Assembly: GCF_006345805.1 (NCBI RefSeq)
Contig: NW_021832393.1
Span: 1 to 61,262 of the forward strand
Direction of reading: 5' to 3'
Origin: Octopus sinensis
Lineage: Eukaryota
DNA: 61,262 bases
The position numbers and the translations under genes are program-made. Each line of letters begins with the position of its first letter. Position 1 is the stretch's first letter. The notes beneath the pieces were generated by a model, which made no database searches, was not told where the DNA came from, and saw only the letters and a program-made list of their open reading frames with translations. Of this stretch, positions 49,272 through 61,262 are shown one piece after another.

Positions 49272-49722
49272 CCTATTTCTTTACTACCCACAAGGGGCTA
49301 CACATAGAGGGGACAAATAAGGACAGACAAACGGATTAAGTCGATTACATCGACCCCAGTGCGTAACTGGTACTTATTTAATCTGCCCCGAAAATATGAA
49401 AGGCAAAGTCGACCTCGGCGGAATTTGAACTCAGAACGTAGAGGCAGACGAAATACCTATTTCTTTACTACCCACAAGGGGCTAAACACAGAGGGGACAA
49501 ATAAGGACAGACAAACGAATTAAGTCGATTATATCGACCCCAGTGCGTACCTGGTACTTATTTAATCGACCCCGAAAGGATGAAAGGTAAAGTCGACCTC
49601 GACGGAATTTGAACTCAGAAAGTAGCGGCAGATGAAATACCTATTTCTTTACTACCCACAAGGGGCTAAACACAGAGAGGACAAACAAGGACAGACAAAC
49701 GGATCAAGTCGATTATATCGAT
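49272..49722 (-). mobile_element. SINE family A tandem array (2 full units and 1 partial), headless
   Basis: Junction G(C/A)AGA(C/T)GAAATAC|CTATTTCTTTACT at about 49457 and 49640. Confidence 0.85.
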
Positions 49723-50206
49723 AATGTCACATTATATCTATAATGTCACATGTTAACACATTTATTTGCAAGTAAGTAACTCTCCGTTTAAAATTTTTCC
49801 GGGTTCATAGGATTATGCTCAAGGTGACTTTGTCATTCATACGTGCCATCCTTGCTACATTGACCATCTTTTTTTTTAAACATTCACAAGACAAAACTTG
49901 ACTTATGTCTCTCATTGTCCAAAAGATGTCACGTCAACGACATTTCTGTCACAATTGTAACAGGGCGTGTGACAAGGTTGTCACGAAAGACAGACATCAT
50001 TGGCCGATCCATCTGACTACCAGCTGCCTGGCATTTGGTGCCTGTTAATGCATGGTATAACAACGGTAAGGCATATAAATGCAAAGAGAAAATCGATAGA
50101 TAGATAGATAGAGGGATAAAGAGAGAGATAGAGATAGATAAATATATATGCATGTATGCATGCACACACACATATAAATATGTGTGTGAGTGTGTGTGTA
50201 TTTGTA

Positions 50207-50282
<76 letters not shown>

Positions 50283-50376
50283 ATATATATATATCACAAA
50301 GGATTTTTCAACCTAATGTTTACATACTATTATTTATAGCTTTATATGTACTTCGAGAACCAATTCCAAAACAAGA

Positions 50377-50418
<42 letters not shown>

Positions 50419-52400
50419 TATACGTATGTATATAGTCACCTAAATACAAATATACGTACATGCACACTTTCATTTATATACATGTGTGTACGTGTGTGTG
50501 TGTGTGTATGTGTGTGTGTAGGGAAAATTTTTTAAAGCCTGTGTGTGTGTAGAAAAAAATTTTAAAGCCTATTATACTATAAATACAAGTGTTTCAGGTT
50601 TATGCATCAAAAAATAAATACATGCATCTACGATTTAGAACTCTAAACCTTCTCGTCAATATGAAGCCACAATCCAGCAAACCAAAGAACATATTTCAGA
50701 TAACCAATGTATAAAATACAAACCTCAATGTAAACATGAAAGTAAGAACTTTTATGACACAGACTGTGACGTGGGCTCACGTTGGTTGACCGTGCACTCA
50801 TAACAAGGAGCTAATGCACATAATATTACAGACAGCAAAACAAAACCAAGGAAAATATTCGCTCATAACACTTATTACCTAATATAAAAAAATCTCCGCA
50901 AAATCTGGCTGTAGAAGACGTATGATATAATGGTAGTTAAATCAAATGTGGAGACAGATTGCTATCATTCCTTAAAAGGAATTCTTGAAAATTGCAAACT
51001 GTAACGCATGAAAACTGAGGCAGTATCGAAAAGCCACAAATAAAAGATTTATTTATCCTGCAATATGGTGTTCGCCAGTAATGTGTATATATAAGAACGC
51101 GTGTGTGTTGGTGTGTGTGTGATTGTATGTGTGTATGTTTGTGCGTGTGAGCGCGCGCGTGTAAGCATGTGCATGTATATGTGTGAATCTGCGTGGCATA
51201 GCAATTCGTTTCTCAGACCACGTGAACGTTGCGTTCTTGAATAAAATACTTTTATTTCATGCTGCTGTAATCCACTCACCTGTAATTAGCAACAGCGACA
51301 CCTGGAAGTAATAAAAATAAAGCCTATAATGATTTGAAAGAAAAGTAAGCCAAGAAATGCGATTAACGCGGTATTAATTTAACGCTTGAGATGAATATGA
51401 AATATCTTAACGCTTCAGACGTTAGTTCTTCTTCAGAAAATAAAAAAATACGGTGGGGTGGGGCAGAGAGAATAAAAGTGTGTCTGTGTGTGAAAATGTA
51501 TTATAATGATAAAATAATTAGAGAGGAAAGAAGACCGGAGATCTTAGGGTTCTTTAATGAGGGAAAATATAATTTTATGTGAGGGAGTTAAAAGGTAAGG
51601 AAGACGAGTGTCAGAGGGTTTGTTTTTTTTTTCTTTTGGATACATGGTAGCGAACTTTTTGGAGATGGTACTTGAGTGTTTTTAGAGGAGTGTATGATTG
51701 TTTGTATAGAATGTTCGTAAATTTAATGGCGTTGTCAGTTAGTGCCGAAAACTGAAGAGACGGGAGAAATATATATATATATATATAAAAGAATGAAACT
51801 TCTTTGATCTACGCTTGTTTGATCAGGGCTAACCTTGGGCTAACCAATAACAAACACACAGCACGTATCTCTTCAGTTCAATCTTTATATACAATTAAAG
51901 AAAAAATGTTCTAAAATTCCCGTTTTTTAACTTAGGTTTCTAGATTTTTAAAAATATTTTAAAATAAATAATATTTAGGGAGGTGTGTAGTAGTGGCGGT
52001 GGTAAAAATTGAACTAATTCCAACAAGTTGAAAATGAAATATTTTCGTTGGTAGAGCATGAGATATAACTGGGTATATTATTAGTATAACCGGTTAAAAA
52101 AAAAAAGGGTGGAGGATTTTGGGTGACATTATACAGCTTCAGGAATTTGTTTGGTATTGATTGTTGTTGTTGATGGTGATGTTGTTGTTCTTGTTGCTGT
52201 TTTTTTTTTTTTAGGTGGTGCGCTGGTGTTGGTGGCGGCGCATTTAGAAATGGCGTTCGTTTGCATCGGGGGGAATGTTGATGGCGCTGATGTGGCGTTG
52301 GGGCGGGGTTGGGTGATGTTGATATGTGGCGCAGTGGTGAGGCAGGATAATGATGTGTTGGCGGCGGCGGTGGTAGTGTTATTGGTAATGTTGGCTTGGT

Positions 52401-52435
<35 letters not shown>

Positions 52436-52487
52436 TAGTGGCGGCGCGGTGATGATGCGGTAGTGTTATTGGTAATGTTGGAGTGGT

Positions 52488-52524
<37 letters not shown>

Positions 52525-53229
52525 TATAGTGGCGGCGCGGTGATGGTGGTGATGCGGTGGTGGTAGTGGTGCTGATAGTGACAGTGTGATTAAAGCAGGT
52601 GATGGCGGCGGCGGCGGTGATTTTTTTTTGTTTTTGTTTTTTGTTTTTTTGAGAGTAAAATGTCAACATGGTGAAGAGTCTGTCACATCAAAGGATATAG
52701 GAGAAGGTTGTCACTGCAGATCACAGAGCAAAGTGAAGGAAACGTGGTGAGGGGAGCGGTGGGGTGGGAGTGAGATGGGTGGGTGGGTGACATTGGGGGA
52801 GGGGTGGAGTAGCAGGGTGGAGTGGATACTGCTAATAATAATAATAATAATAAAACCAGCGACCAGGGTCACAATAAACAGCAATCATAACCATAATGAT
52901 CATGATGATTTTGATGACGATAATGATGTTAATATTTTGTTGTTTAACACCAGGTCGGCTCTGACGGGACAGATCTGTGACCAAAGACACTTCAACTGTG
53001 ACCATCCTGTATTTTTCCCAATGTGTAAGGAGAAACCACGAATGCATTATCCAGCGAGCTCTTCTTTTCTAAGGGGATTGTTTTATCTAAGGTAGATTTC
53101 GCTGCTATCTCTAACATGTTAAGCTACCGTGTAGAGGCTTCCTCTTTGGCTCGATGATGATGATGATGATGATAATGTAACTGATTTGCTAATAACAACA
53201 ACAACAACAACAACAATAATAATAACAAT

Positions 53230-53440
53230 CTTTTCTACTCTAGGCACAACGCCCGAAATTTGGGGGAGGGGGCCAGTCGATTAGATCGACCCCAGTCGCA
53301 AATGGTGCTTAATTTATCGACTCCGAAAGAATGAAAGGCAAAGTCGACCTCGGCGGAATTCGAACTCAGAACGCAAAGACGGACAAAATGCTGCTAAGCA
53401 TTCTACCCAGCGTGCTAACGATTCTGCCAGCTCGCCGCCT
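53230..53440 (-). mobile_element. SINE family A variant
   Basis: Consensus match with an alternative 3' end (GGCACAACGCCCGAAATT). Confidence 0.8.
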
Positions 53441-53617
53441 AATACTAACCCTTTCTACTAAAGGCACAAGGCCTGAAATTCGGGGTGGGGGGATTAGTCG
53501 ATTACATCGACTCCATTCTTTCACGGGTACTTAATTTATCGATCTCGAAAGGATGACAGGCAAAGTCGACCTCGATAAGTCGATTAGATCGACCCCAGTA
53601 CTCAACTGGTACTTGTT

Positions 53618-54025
53618 GGATCTTTTCGGTTTGAACGGCAGTTTTTTCTAGCGGTGTCATATGAAATTGTCACCCATAATTATGACCCTAGAATCGATCT
53701 ATTGCATTTCAATCTCTTTCAGGGTTAGGGTTAGTTAGGGTTAGGGTTAGGGTATCTTTTTTTCTTCACAAATGTAAATAAACCCAATCTGTTTCTTAAA
53801 CGAGGGACATGCTTTTTAAGTCAATAGACATCAGTGATTGGTTGAAATTTCAGAAATTGAAGAAAAAAAACAACAAATATCTTACAAACTATAGAATTTT
53901 CTCAATAAAACCAAGAGAAAAAGATGTTTTATAAACACATTCTACCAGAATACGAAGTTTAAAAGTGTTTAGTTTCATGGAAATTATTTAAAAAAAAAAA
54001 CTGCCGTTCAAACCGAAAAAGATCC
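53618..54025. mobile_element. MITE (same family as 35557-36025) inserted into a SINE
   Basis: GGATCTTTTCGGTTTGAACGGCAG TIRs; TSD TACTTGTT at 53610-53617 and 54026-54033; internal TTAGGG repeats at about 53721-53753. Confidence 0.9.
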
Positions 54026-55189
54026 TACTTGTTTTATCGACCTCGAAAGAATGAAAGGCGAAGGCGACCTCGGCGGAATTTGGACTCAAAACATAGCGAC
54101 GGACGAAACCCCGCTAAGCGTTTCGTCCAGCGTCCTAACAACGATTCTGCCAGCTAATAATAATAATAAGGGTTTCTTTATTAACCACAGGGTTTTACAT
54201 TAAGAAAAAAAATGATGGACAGTAGAAGACAAAACAAAGAATGTGTGTGTGTGGGTGTGTTGATGATAATGTCAACAACAAATAATAATTATGGTTGACG
54301 ATATTAAAGAAACGTTATTACTCGTTTTGTTATCATCATCATCATCATCATCATCGGCACCATTATTATTATTATTATTATTAATAATCTTTCACCTCCA
54401 CCACCACCACCACTGCCAGTAACACCACCACCACCACCACCACCGCCATCATCATCATTATCATCATTATCCTCGGAGTGGTAGGTGGGGGGCATGAAAG
54501 ACGAGAGGCCAGTTAAATACATGCTTTTATATTTTGTAATTATCTGCCTTTCATCTTCGCTCTGATGTTTTTTGATGTGACAATCGGTCGGGTCACATGA
54601 TTTCATCGCATCCCCCACTCCCTTCATCCCTCACTCACTCACTCACTTCTTCTCTCTCTTTCTCTCCCTCGCATTCATTCTTCCCCTCTCTCTCTCTCTC
54701 TTCTCCCAATCCTCATAGACACAACTGCACCCATAACATCCGTGTCAATTATTTAAAAACAACATGAATACTAAACTTCAAGACCGTATGATGAGTGGCC
54801 AAATGCATTTGTCTTCGAACGAAAATATCATTATTTTCCTATAGAGGTTGATAGGTTGTCAAGAAAGGGCGTAGAAGCGTCGGACTAAATCACTTACATT
54901 TACAGTATTAAATTACCTATTTCTAAGCTACGACTTCATATCAAACCGGATTCCATTTTGTTTTTCGCTTTCCTCGTACGACAAAGCAACCGTTTGTCGT
55001 TGTCGCCGTCGTCGTCGTCGTAGTTGTTGTTGTTGTTGTTGTTCAATCTCAGGTCAACCCCCATTCAGAAGACAGACATATTGGTCAGAGATGTTCCAGC
55101 CATGACTATCCCTTCATATTTATTTTTCAAAATTCGTATGACTACTCTTCAACTATTGCATTTATTTCAGCCACCGGACTACAGCCAAG

Positions 55190-55415
55190 CTGGGATATCG
55201 CTTAGCACACCAGGCGAAATGTTTAACGGTATTTCGTCTGCCGCTACGTTCTGAGTTCAAATTCTGCCGAGGTCGACTTCACCTTTCATCATTTCGGGGT
55301 CGATAAATTAAGTACCAGTTACGCACTGGGGTCGTTCTAATCGACTTAATCCGTTTGTCTGTCCTTGTCTGTCCTCTCTGTGTTTAGCCCCTTGTGGTTA
55401 GTAAGGAAATAGGTT
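55190..55415 (+). mobile_element. SINE family A
   Basis: Consensus match. Confidence 0.82.
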
Positions 55416-55734
55416 TAGTCGAGCAAATCGAAACTAATACAATTTTTTATGTTTAATGCCTATTCTACCGGTAAACACCAGGTCTCAGATTCAATCCCAT
55501 ATGTAGCATTTTGGACACATATTATTTTCTTAAGCCTCGGATTGTCCAATACACTGTGACTAAATTTGGGTGCATGGAAACTGTACGGAAGCGTGTCGGA
55601 AGGATTGTTCGCCTGAATTTAAAAAAAATTATATTAATACTCTTACTCGATTGTGCGCTTTAGAAATTTTAAACAGACTCAGGAAGATGAAATTTTAAGT
55701 ACACACACACACACACACACACACAATGCATGGT

Positions 55735-56120
55735 AAGTAGCTTGTTTACCAACCACGTAGTTCCGGGTTCAGTCCCACTGCCTGGCACTTTGGGCAAGTG
55801 ACTTCTACTATAGCCGCGAGTCGACCAAAGTCTTGTGAGTGGATTTGGTAGACGGAAACTGAAAGAAGCCCGTCGTATATATATGTATATATATATATGT
55901 GTGTGTGTGTGTATATGTTTGTGTGTCTGTGTTTGTCCCCCCCCCACATCGCTTGACAACCGATGCTGGTATGTTTAAGTGTCCGTAACTTAGCGGTTCG
56001 GCAAAAATAAAACCGATAGAATAAATACTAGGCTTACAAAGAATGGGGTCGATTTACTCGACTAAAGACGGTGCTCCAGCAGGGCCACAGTCAAATGACT
56101 GAAACAAGTAAAAGAGTAAA
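55735..56120 (+). mobile_element. SINE family B
   Basis: Consensus match. Confidence 0.85.
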
Positions 56121-56139
56121 AAAAAAGAGAGTATGTTTA

Positions 56140-56199
<60 letters not shown>

Positions 56200-56354
56200 C
56201 AATGCGTTCGTTCAGTTCTCCGCTTACATCGACCTTATTCATCCCCGGCTAATGAGATGAATCACTTCACATGTTTTTCTTCAACAACTATTTCGAACTA
56301 TGATATTGTTGTCAATGCTTTAATTTGTATTTTCTTTTATTGACATTTTCAATC

Positions 56355-56438
<84 letters not shown>

Positions 56439-56458
56439 ATATATATATATATGTATAT

Positions 56459-56632
56459 GTTAGCTCCTACACGCATTTTTTTCTCTCCTTGTTTTTTTCT
56501 GTGTATCTTTCTGTCGAAGAGCGTAGGCTCGAAACGTAAAAGACTTTTTCTATTCCTGAGCGCTATACTAATACATTTGATTTTTTTGTACTCCACCTGC
56601 CATCGTCTTTTGTTTATTATCGTAAACTTTCC

Positions 56633-56634
<2 letters not shown>
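56459..56634 (+). mobile_element. TA-flanked short element carrying a hammerhead-like motif
   Basis: Microsatellite on both sides ((TA)n at 56635-56703); homologous to 13241-13428 and 750-946. Confidence 0.8.
56506..56543 (+). ncRNA. Minimal type I hammerhead-like motif with variant core CUGUCGA
   Basis: TCTTT-CTGTCGA-A-GAGC(GTAG)GCTC-GAAA-CG-TA-AAAGA; helices I and II are perfect and helix III is the palindrome ACGT. Confidence 0.65.
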
Positions 56635-56706
<72 letters not shown>

Positions 56707-56796
56707 CACGTGTTTTTGTGTGGTGTATGTTCGTATATGGGTATACACACATCTTCGTGTGTTTAAGCATGTATTAAATTTGTTTATATATGTATG

Positions 56797-56830
<34 letters not shown>

Positions 56831-57345
56831 TGTATGTATGTATGTATGTATGTATGTATGTATGTATTTACGAACGTACATTTATACATTCTTCGAAGAG
56901 GTGGTTCTGTTTTAACTGGTGATGTTTTTCTTTTTAATTCGTTTCAAGGACAAACCGAACGAAAACTTGAAATGAATACGACTAAACAGCAGACGAGGGG
57001 AATATGTGAGATATAAAGATATAATATGCTTGTCTAATGTTAATAGATACACACACGCGCGCACTCATGCATTTGCTTACATGCACACATTTACATACGT
57101 ACGATGCTTTCATGAGGATAACACATGTTTAGCGCCGTTACATGTTGTTTACATGGAAGGAAGTTCTAAACAGTTGCCGAGGTCTTATTCTTCGCCATTT
57201 TTCTCTGAATTCATGTCAGTTGCTTCCATTCTCTGTCCCTGTAAATCGTCAATGACAAAAACTGTTGGACATATTCAGGCAATCGCTTCTTCAAAGGGAC
57301 ATGTTCTGTTAGGAAAGGGATACACGATTGACGAAGTACGGTGTG

Positions 57346-57620
57346 CAAGCACGGCATAGTTTTGTGCTTAAGAAGTTCGCTTCGCAACCGTTTAGTTTCA
57401 GGTTCGTTCCCGCAGCGCGGCATCTTGGGCAGATGTCTCCTATTATTGCTCTGGGCTGGGCCAATGATTTGTGAATAAATTTGGTAGGTGGAAATTGTAT
57501 GGATGACCATCTTTTTTTAAGCCTGCTACTTATCGGTTACTTTTATGCCGAATCATTAAGTTATGGGGACGTAAATACACCAACACCGGATGTCAAGTAG
57601 TGGTGGGGAACAGACACAGA
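57346..57620 (+). mobile_element. SINE family B (old, diverged)
   Basis: GGCATCTTGGGCAGATGTCT...GATTTGTGAATAAATTTGGTAG. Confidence 0.7.
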
Positions 57621-57704
57621 CTCAAAGGAACGCGCGTGCACACACACACACACATACAGATACACATATACACAGATATATATACACACACGCACACACA
57701 CGCA

Positions 57705-57743
<39 letters not shown>

Positions 57744-58392
57744 ATATTTAAGTTGAGTAAAGTTAAAACATGAGATCTGGTTTTCACGTTTTTTATTATG
57801 GTATTTTAACATTAAAAAAATATTTTGTAATCTTCATAAAGTTAAATTAGCGTTTGCATACATAGTGTTATCATCAGATTTCAAATGTGTTTAACTAACA
57901 GTTGAGTTCTTGACAGCTTTAGGACCTCTTAGAGCGCTCCAACAAGCTGATTTTTTTAGAATACCTTTTTGACCAATCCGCATGCACCTTAAACATCGCG
58001 GTTTGCCAGTCGCACCGATAATCTTTAACTTGTTTATATTAATATACTAGAGATATTTTTTAATCCACATCATTAACTGGTTGTTATATTATTGCTGTTA
58101 TTTCTGTTCTAAACAGGTTTTAACATTTTGATAAAATGTTTTTTTCTTTTATCTTTCTTCCAACCTCACTTGTGTCACGTGGTTTGTGGAAAGGAAAAAT
58201 TAGAAACAATTTCTGACCACATGTCTCTGTATGCTCGCTCAATGGAATTTGGCGAACATTGGTGTTCCAGATTCGTTGTCTGTTGACGTTCCGATAATGC
58301 ATTCCCTGCCTCACCTCTCTATAATTCCTCGCAGACAATGTTTTAACTTTCTTCAACTGATATATTTTTCTACAAACACACACACACACACA

Positions 58393-58782
58393 CAGTAGAA
58401 CCTCGCCGTTCGAGTGCACCATTGTACGAGTAATTTGCTGTACGAACCGAGACTCGAGTGAATTTTTGTCTTAAAATCCGTGCGGGAATCCGCAGTACGA
58501 GCACACAAATCGTCCCATCTTTAAGGTAATTCAGTTAATAAAACCAGTTTACATATTTCTTTTCCATTCTCTTTTTTTAATAATTGTCATTTTTACTTGT
58601 AACTACATTTCTTCTGTTTTAAAGCCCATAAAAAATTATTTTTGAGTGGTTTTGCGGGGCTGGAACGGATTAATTATATTTTAGTTAATTTCAATGGGTG
58701 GGAAATTGGTTTATAAAACTAGTAAATCGTAACACGAGCTCTGTCATGGAACGAATTAAATTCGTACTGCGAGTTATCACTG
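58393..58782. mobile_element. Tigger/pogo-like MITE
   Basis: Imperfect TIRs CAGTAGAACCTCG / CGAGTTATCACTG. Confidence 0.6.
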
Positions 58783-58794
58783 TTATATATATAT

Positions 58795-58856
<62 letters not shown>

Positions 58857-58857
<1 letters not shown>

Positions 58858-59220
58858 ACAAGCTTCTTTCAGTTTCTCTCTCCCAAATCCATTCAAAAGT
58901 CTTTGGTCATCCGAGGCTATAGAAGATACCACGCAGTGGGACTGAACCCGGAACCATGTGGTAGGGGAGCCAGCTTCTTGCCACACAGCCACGCCTGTAT
59001 ATTTATTCATTTTACTTGTTTCAGTTGTTAGACTGCGGCCATGCTGGGGTACCGCCTTGAAGAATTTTAATCGAACGAATCGATCCCAGTGCTTATTATT
59101 CTTTAAGGCTAATACTTATTCTGTCGGTTTCTTTCGCCGAATCGCTAGGTTACTGGGACATAAGCACACCATCACGGTTTGTCCAGCGGTGATGGAGTAC
59201 AAACTCAGACACACAAACAC
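58857..59220 (-). mobile_element. Two SINE family B fragments
   Basis: Head fragment 58857-58998 followed by a tail fragment 59005-59220. Confidence 0.75.
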
Positions 59221-60000
59221 ACTCTCTCTTTCTTTCTCTGCCTCTGTCTGTCTCTCTCATTCTCCGTCTCTCTCTTTCTCTCTCTGTCTCTCTCGCTCTC
59301 TCTCTCTCTCTCGTGATAGTATTTGAGAATTTGCCTGCCATAATTTGATTTGTCCGTTTCTTATAGGCTTTCCGTTTTGTCTGAGTTGACGAAGATTTTT
59401 TAAACGACTTACATGTCTAAATTTTATTATCTGGAAAATTTAGGAAAGAGAAGTCTCCACATCACCTGAGTAACCGATATTCGTTGACGTTCCGGTAATC
59501 TAGCGGTTCGGCAAAGGAGACATATCGAACATGTACCAGACTTGAAATAAATACTGGAGTCGATTTGTTCCACTAACCCTACAAGGGGGTGCTCCAGCAT
59601 GACCTACAGAGCAATGACCGAAAAGAGTAAAAGTGCTCAACTGTAAACGAGTTGAGAAAATGTAAAAATAAGGTCCAGTGATACACTATACACTGCAGTA
59701 TAAACACTATAAAGTAAATTAAAATTGATGCGATATGAAATCGTCAGACTCGATGGAAATCTTACTAGAATAAGGATTCAGGCTAAATCACATCTGGACC
59801 TCTCGCTGGCCGCTGCTGGGGCAGATTTTCATCTCTTTCTGATTGTGTTTTTAACACAGCTTCAATTATGTTATCTCGGGACAAATACTGTAGAAACTGG
59901 CCTATCGACATTGTGTATACATTAAGTATAATATGGCTATTTTAATTAAATGCTGTTTCATTTGCGTATACCGGATTTATAACCAGCCGAGCCGGCGAAT

Positions 60001-60250
60001 GTACATTATTTACATTATTTACATTTGACGGATATTTGTCCTCATCTTGTTTGTTGTTAACACAACGTTTCGGCTGATATACCCTCCAGCCTTCATCAGG
60101 TGTCTTGGGGGAAATTTCGAACCTGGGTTCTCATTCCTAAGGTATTTTTCGATGTTGTTGTTGTTGTTATTGTTGTTATTATTATTCAGGTCACTGCCTG
60201 GAATCGAACTCGGAATCTTGGGGTGAGTAGCCCGTGCTCTTAACCACTAT
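60001..60250 (-). mobile_element. tRNA-headed SINE (family D) containing a hammerhead ribozyme
   Basis: On the minus strand: TAGTGGTTAAG (A-box part), GAGTTCGATTCC (B box), (TAA/CAA)n linker, hammerhead, then an (AAATAATGT)2 tail. Confidence 0.72.
60059..60104 (-). ncRNA. Minimal type I hammerhead ribozyme with canonical core
   Basis: GACAC-CTGATGA-A-GGCTG(GAGGGTATAT)CAGCC-GAAA-CG-TT-GTGTT. Confidence 0.78.
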
Positions 60251-61089
60251 CAATGAATGTTTCTTTCACTTTTTTCCTATATCAGAGACTAAGAATTCTC
60301 GTCCGAGCATGTGGATGGTTGCGTATACACGCAATAAAAAAGGCCCAAAATGGCTGGCTGCTGCTGCTGCTTGGACGAATTTTCGTTTCTCTTTGATAAT
60401 TATTGTGTTTTTAACACAGCAAGTCCATAAGAGATGTTACCTCAGAACAATTCTTTCTGTAAACTGGCCTATCGACACTGTATATACATTGAGCATCATA
60501 CAGAAATGTGTACATTAATTAAATGCTGCACCAATTACATATACTGGATTGGAAATACGTTCACCGTCGTCCTCGTATCAGTAGTAAACGTTCAGTACGC
60601 ACCGCCTCCCCGCCTCCGCTCTGTTCACCATTTAACAAGTTTAGACGAGAACGAGATAAAAAGAAGAATAAAAAATCTTGCACAGAGTGATGGATGAGAC
60701 ATTTACGGCTTCCTTGAAATCCAGGTTGAAACAAACCAATTAGCTAGCTGTCTCCTTTTATCGCCACAACAAAGGTTTTTGTTATTCTCTGAAATAGTTA
60801 ACTGCATACCAAGTTAACTGCATACCCAATAGAGCCGTCTAATCTGTTTTTTACTACTGCTATGTTTTACAGTCCAAATCTCGCACGGAACACTTCTATC
60901 TTGTCTTGCCGCTCCTCAGTTCTAACTCTTTACAATTCCTGAGTCGCGTTCCCCATGTCTTTTGTTTTTTTTCTTTCTTTCTCTCTCTCTCACTTTTTTT
61001 TTCTTTTTTTTGGTCCCTGCAAACATTTACTTGCAATCATTGACCGACAAACACTGACCTACAAATATTGCTTTCAAATTTTGACTCAA

Positions 61090-61262
61090 TGCCAATAATT
61101 TCGGGGAGGGGGGAGAAAGTCGACGTAATCGACTCCATTGCTCAACAGGCACTTAATTTATCGAACCCGAAATGAATAAAGGCAAAGTCGACCTCGGCGG
61201 AATTCGAAATTAAAACTTAAAGACGGACAAAATGCGGCAAAGCATTTTTGCCCGGCGTGCTA
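61090..61262 (-). mobile_element. SINE family A variant, cut by the window end
   Basis: AGGCAAAGTCGACCTCGGCGGAATTCGAA. Confidence 0.75.

Noticed and set aside
52151-52669. Val/Ala-rich ORFs in a GGT/TAG-rich region (similar at 36774-37043 and 54304-54627)
   Set aside because: These are cryptic trinucleotide repeats with no ordered protein-like block.
53721-53753. Telomere or chromosome-end signal
   Set aside because: It is a short tract inside a TSD-bounded MITE.

Overview
Eukaryotic, AT-rich, repeat-saturated window with no confidently identifiable intact gene. The SINE and microsatellite make-up suggests an octopus (cephalopod) genome, which is my inference. Nearly all long ORFs in the track are artefacts of (TA)n, (CA)n, (TATG)n and (TCTG/TCCG)n tracts. 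Recognisable parts are a decayed Ty3/gypsy gag-pol (2440-6055), an internally deleted mariner (6345-7205), two LINE RT remnants, dozens of tRNA-derived SINEs from at least four families, Helitron-type and TIR MITEs, minisatellites and several fold-back palindromes. There is one credible unidentified coding exon (minus strand, about 11.9-12.5 kb) and a few weak exon candidates. The most interesting signal is a set of at least six (plus degenerate) minimal type I hammerhead-ribozyme motifs of the Penelope-like-element (PLE) kind, most with palindromic helix III. They include (i) one inside a tRNA-headed SINE and (ii) a multi-copy, TA-flanked short element whose core reads CUGUNGA instead of CUGANGA. 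A second signal is SINE concatemers with a fixed junction, one of them bounded by a single 18-bp TSD. All folding and alignment was done by eye, and coordinates of decayed repeats are approximate.
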